A stretch of DNA of 64,000 nucleotides, from NCBI RefSeq assembly GCF_009914755.1, contig NC_060931.1, one strand, 5' to 3'. This DNA comes from the human T2T-CHM13v2.0 reference genome, Homo sapiens. Shown here piece after piece: positions 58,701 to 64,000 of this stretch; position 1 is the first letter of the stretch, and each line of letters opens with the position of its first letter. The notes below the pieces were generated by a model, which worked only from the letters and a program-made list of their open reading frames with translations, did not search any database and had not been told where the DNA came from. A program made the position numbers and the translations under genes.

Positions 58701-59804
58701 CCGTTACTACCAACTGCCTGCAACAATTGCTAGCACTTCACATTAATTTACAGACACTATTGCTCAATTCCAATTTTCTGGCTAACAACTACTCATGCAT
58801 TTATCTGTGATTACTTGTGTATTTTCCTTCTCCCACTTTGACTGTGAGCTCCATTATAGTGGAAGAGAGGGCCCTTGAGATGGATTGAAGGGAGCAGGCT
58901 GAGCAGTGGCCCTGAGAGGAGCTCATCATGATCTCGAGCTTGATGACTCACCCTCGCGTTAGGAAAGACATTTCATTAATCAAGCTTGAACACTTTGCAC
59001 AGAAAAAGATAAGAAAGATGCTGTTGATGTCTAATTGATTTTATGTCACTTATGTGACAATATGTTTGACTTTGACGTAATCAGTTATGATTTAGTAAAA
59101 TAACAGCAATTTTTTCTTCCATGGCACGAATAGTTTTCTTCCTGAAATTTCCTGCATTGTGAATTTGGGGTTTCACTATGTTTTCCTTTGCTTTCTTTTA
59201 TGCCATCTCCTTTTTTAAAAAAATTGTGGTATAATGTATAGTAAAATGAACAGATCAGTTTTGACAGTTATGTATATTTGTATAATCCATACCCCTGTTA
59301 AGACAGGTTACATTGCCATCACCCCCCAAAGGATGTTTATTCCCGATAAACTACCCCCATAATCAACAACTGTTTGGATTTTATCACCATAGACTAGCTT
59401 TGCTTATTCTAGAATTTCAAATAAATGAAGTCATGCATTATGAACTCCCTCACTGAATGCAATGTTTATGAGGTCCATCATGTTTTTGCATGTCTCAGCA
59501 GTTCATTTTTTATTGTTAAATAATATTCTATTGTATGGATGTACCATTATTAATTTATCCATTCTCTTACAAATGATTACATGTGTTAATTCTAGTTTTC
59601 AACTATTTATGGATCAAGCTGCTTTAAATGTTCATGTACAGGGTTTTTCTTTGTGAACTCACACTTTCATTTATCATGTATTGATATGTGGAAGTGGAAT
59701 TATTAGATCCTAAGGTAGATGCAGGGTTTTTTTGTTTGTTTGTTTGTTTGTTTTTAGAAACTGCCAAATCATTTCCCAAGACGTTAGTACAATTTTTAAA
59801 CTCC

Positions 59805-60895
59805 TTAGGTATCTATTATTGCATAGCAAATAGAGATGCTACTTGACTTACAATGGAGTTACAACATGATAAACCCATCATAAGTCCAGATGTTCCTGAA
59901 CTAACGAGTTACAGCATGATAAATCCATTATAAAGTCAAAAAATTGTAAATCAAAGTACAATAAGTTGGGGACCATCCATAATTTGAAAACATGAAGGTT
60001 TTAAACAAAGCACATCTATTGTCTCAGAGTTTCTGAGGATCTTGAATCCAGGCATGGCTTAGCTCTGTCCTCTGCTTCAGGGTATCTCACTAGACAGCAC
60101 TCAATTTTTCATCTGGGGCTGTAGTCTCATCAGAAGGCTCTACTAGGGAAGGATCTGCTTCTAAGTTAACTCGTGTGTCTCTTGGCAGAATTCAGTTCCT
60201 CAAAGGCCTCTAGAGAGAGGGCTGCAGTTCTTTGTTGCCACTGGTCAGAGGATACTTTCATTTTCTTGCCATGTGAGTGTCACCAGCCAGTGTCATCAGG
60301 GCAAGCACTCAAGAAGAGCCAGAGAGTACAAGCAAGATGGAAATCACAATCATGTATAACCTGATCTTGGAAGTGACAGTTCACCACTTATGCTTTATTC
60401 AATTGATTAGATGCAAGTCACTAGGTTCATCCCACACTCAAGTGGAGGAGATTTTGCAAGAATGTGAATGCCAGGTGGATGGGATTGTTGGAAGCCTTGT
60501 CAGGAGCAGCCTTCCACAATCAGCCCTCTGGCCTCCAATGATTTGTGTTTCTCCCCATGTGAAATACACTCTCTTTCTTTCAAGATTGCCAAAAGTCATT
60601 CCATTACAGCATCAGCTCAAAGTCTAGAATTCTATCATCAGAAACAGTTTCATGTGTGAAGGAGGCTCCTCTGGTGTACTTCCTGTGTATAGCTTTCCTC
60701 CATGTTTAGATATGTAAAAGTTAAGAGATAAGATAGTTTCTCACATGTATTCAACATACAATGGTGGGATGGACATTAGATAACAGATGTAGGCACACCT
60801 GTTCCATAAAAAGAGAACTGGAGGACAAAGGAGTTGCTGCTCTAAAGCAATTCTGAAATCCAGCCAGGCAAAGGTTGGGATTTCCTGGCCTGAGG
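59805..60895 (-). mobile_element. MLT1 LTR (~59805-60520) plus adjacent MLT1-internal fragment
   Basis: gaatccaggcatggcttagct..tcctctgcttcagg, atgcaagtcactaggt.catcccacactcaag motifs. Confidence 0.65.
59833..59982. mobile_element. MER47/Tigger5-like MITE
   Basis: agatgct.cttgacttacaatgg.gttaca...gataaacccatc.taagt ... aagttggggaccatc. Confidence 0.7.
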
Positions 60896-61253
60896 GAGTA
60901 TTTGTCAAGTTTCTCCACAGTAAAATTACTATTATCCTTTCTCATTTGCATACTGAACTCTTTGTAAGGAGGCGTCTACATGCAGCCTACACTGAAGGAG
61001 TGAGGAGTTGTGTTCCACCTCCTTGAGGGCAGAGCGTTTGCATACATTTTTAACATTCTGCTCCACGGGAGACCTGTCTCTTCTCACCCATTCATTTATT
61101 TATTATTTAACTATAAAGCATGGGTTTATGAATATTTGTATGATATTTTGGGTTATAATTCAATACTACTCTTATTTATTTTTGCTCACATTATGCCAGC
61201 TTTGGCCACTGGGTGATCTTCAGTGGCTCTGTGCACCTTTGGCCACACCCCCA

Positions 61254-61306
<53 letters not shown>

Positions 61307-62679
61307 CTGCACGAGCATGCGATTGGAATATTTCCTTTATGGCACTACAAGGTGCCTCAGGCTCACCTTGTACATTTCCTGTCACTAGAATCAGCCACTT
61401 CTCCAAGGAGCCCTGGTTATTTTTATTAGACAATGGTATTAGAAACTAATATCTGGGCATTACTAGTGCTCATTGCTACTGTGATACTGTTTCTGAGTCC
61501 TCTAGCTGACAGAGAATGGTAATGTATTTGTACATACTAATCCAGGTCATACACAAATATCTATAAATATTTCTATATTTAATGGTGTATGTCTATATTC
61601 AGCCAAATATTAATTCATACTAATGTCTACAACTCTAATCCATTGCCACATGAATCATTCCAGCCCTTTTCCCTTACTTATCTGTAAATGCCCACTCCAA
61701 CAGTGGTAAATCTGGCTCCTGCCTTCCACCAACCATCCAATTCGTTGTTCAGTTCTACTCTATATGTACAGTGGTATCAGAACGTTTAACCTGTAGCCAG
61801 TGGGAAACAGTGTTATTAACTAGAATGCAGTGGCAGTGCTGTGTACAGTTTCTTTTGACTGTGTCTTACAGACTCAACTCATTTCCAAAGTTGCTTATGT
61901 CAGCACCTTTTCCCCTCCCTCTTCAGTGAGGTTGTGTAATGCATTTTTAATAAAGTTGGTTTTGTCACATTCTGCATTCCATTCTAGGATTCCCTGACCT
62001 CCTAAATACGATTTTAAATTTACATACATCAAGATTTACTTTTTATCCTCAGTGTAATGTATCCACATTGTGTCATACAAAATAGTTTCACCACCCTAAA
62101 AGTTCTGAGCTTCACCTATTCACTCCCCAACCCCTGAAAATGGTGATTTTTATGATCACTGTTTTTGCCATTTTCAGAATGTCATATAATGGAAATCATA
62201 CAGTATCAGTCTTTTCAGATGGGCTTCCTTCAGTTAACAACATGCATTTAAGATTCATCCATCTCTTTTCTGGCTTAATAGCTCATTTCCTTTTATTACT
62301 AAATAGTATTTCATTCTATGGCTACACCACACTTTCCCTATCCATTCACATATTGTAGAACATCTTGGTTACTTCTAGTTTTTAGTGGTTGTGAATCAGC
62401 CTTCTGTAAACTTTTGCATGTAGATTTTTTGTGTGGATGTAAGGTTTCAACTCCTTTGGGTAGATATCTAGGAAAGTGATTGCTGGATCATATGGTGAGA
62501 GTATGTTTAGCTTTTTAGGAAACCATTAAACTGCCTTCCAAAGTTGACAGTGTCATTTCGCATTCCCATAAACAATGAGTGATTGCTCCTATTGCTCTGC
62601 TTCCTCCCCAGTCGTTGGTATCTCCAGTTTGTTTTTGTATTTTTGCCTTTCTAAATAGTGTGTAATAGTACCTCATTGC

Positions 62680-62993
<314 letters not shown>

Positions 62994-64000
62994 TCATTGC
63001 CGTTTTAATTTGAAAATCCCTAGTCACCAATGATGTTCAGCAAATCTTCTTATGTTTATTTACCATCTGTGTATCTGCTTTGGTGAGATGTCTGTTCAGA
63101 TATTTTGTTGATTTTATATTGGAGTTGTTTTCTTATTGTTGAGTTTTAAGAGTTGTTTATTAAATATATATTTTGGGTACAAGTAATTAAGCAAATTTGT
63201 ATTTTGCAAATATTTTCTGGTCTGTGGCTTATCTTTCAATTCTTCCCCTTGCTTTTATTTAAATTAGCACATTGTGTATATTTATGGGTTAAAATGTGAT
63301 GTTTTGACCTACATATATATACATTGTAGAAAGATTTAATCAAGCTAATTAACACATTCATCATCTCACCAACTTAACATTGTGTGTGTGTGTTGAGAAT
63401 GTTAAAAATCTATTCTTTTAGTGATTTTGAAATATGCAACATGTTATTATCAGGTGTGGCCATCATGCAGTGCAATAGATCACTTAACTTTATTTCTCCA
63501 GTCTAAGGGAGACTTGGTACCCTTTGATCCATATCTTCTCCTTTCCCATTTCTCTCCTTCATTTTTAGCCCCAGTAACTACCTTTTTTCATTCTGTTTCT
63601 ATGAGATCAATTTCTTTTAGATTCCACATATAAATGAGATTATACAATATTTGTTTTTTGGTACCTGGCTTATTTCACTTAGCATAATGTCCTCCAGCTC
63701 CATCCATGATTCTTTTAAAAGTATCTTTCACAGAGTAGATGTTTTTAATTTTAAAATATTGTACAACGTATGAATTTTTTCTTTCATGGATCATGATTTT
63801 GCTGTTCTATCAAAAACTTTATCGCAAAACCCTAGATTTTCTCTTATGTTTACTTCTAGAAGTTTTATCATTTTGTATTTTATAATTAGGGCCCTGATAC
63901 ATTTTCAGTTAATTTTCATGAAAGGTATAAGGTTTGTGTCTGGGTTTTTTTTTTTTGTTTTTTTTTTTTGGTATATGTATGTCCAATTATTCCAGCCCCA

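Overview
Human (hominoid) genomic DNA, not prokaryotic. About two thirds is recognisable interspersed repeat: about 20 Alus, many old L1 fragments, MaLR/ERVL LTRs including a complete two-LTR THE1A, MER1A/MER5A/Tigger DNA transposons, and one full-length SVA with SVA_F (human-specific) diagnostics. The only protein-coding signal I can support is a 60-nt first coding exon on the minus strand (56557-56498) inside a CpG island (~55700-57450). It encodes MNQTAGVSNSVRYPPGKGHK followed by a strong AAG|GTAAGA donor. I recognise this as the alternative N-terminus of DPP6 (DPP6a/DPP6-E, homologous to DPP10a MNQTASVSHHIKCQPSKTIK), the Kv4 N-type inactivation peptide. Everything to its left (1-56497) is therefore intron 1-type sequence. 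Codon 13 is TAT (Tyr) where, from memory, DPP6a/DPP10a have a conserved redox-sensitive Cys. Together with the minus orientation, this suggests the window may be the inverted 7q36 segmental-duplicate copy of the DPP6 5' end rather than DPP6 itself (inference, needs alignment). Other notable structures: an SVA tail with two serial short 3' transductions; a polyadenylated LTR 3' end retroposed into an L1 and then split by THE1A; a nested AT-rich palindrome; a close inverted AluY pair; a ~255-bp tandem duplication; and a 42-bp VNTR. Repeat family and subfamily calls are by eye from remembered consensus motifs, and boundaries of old elements are approximate.
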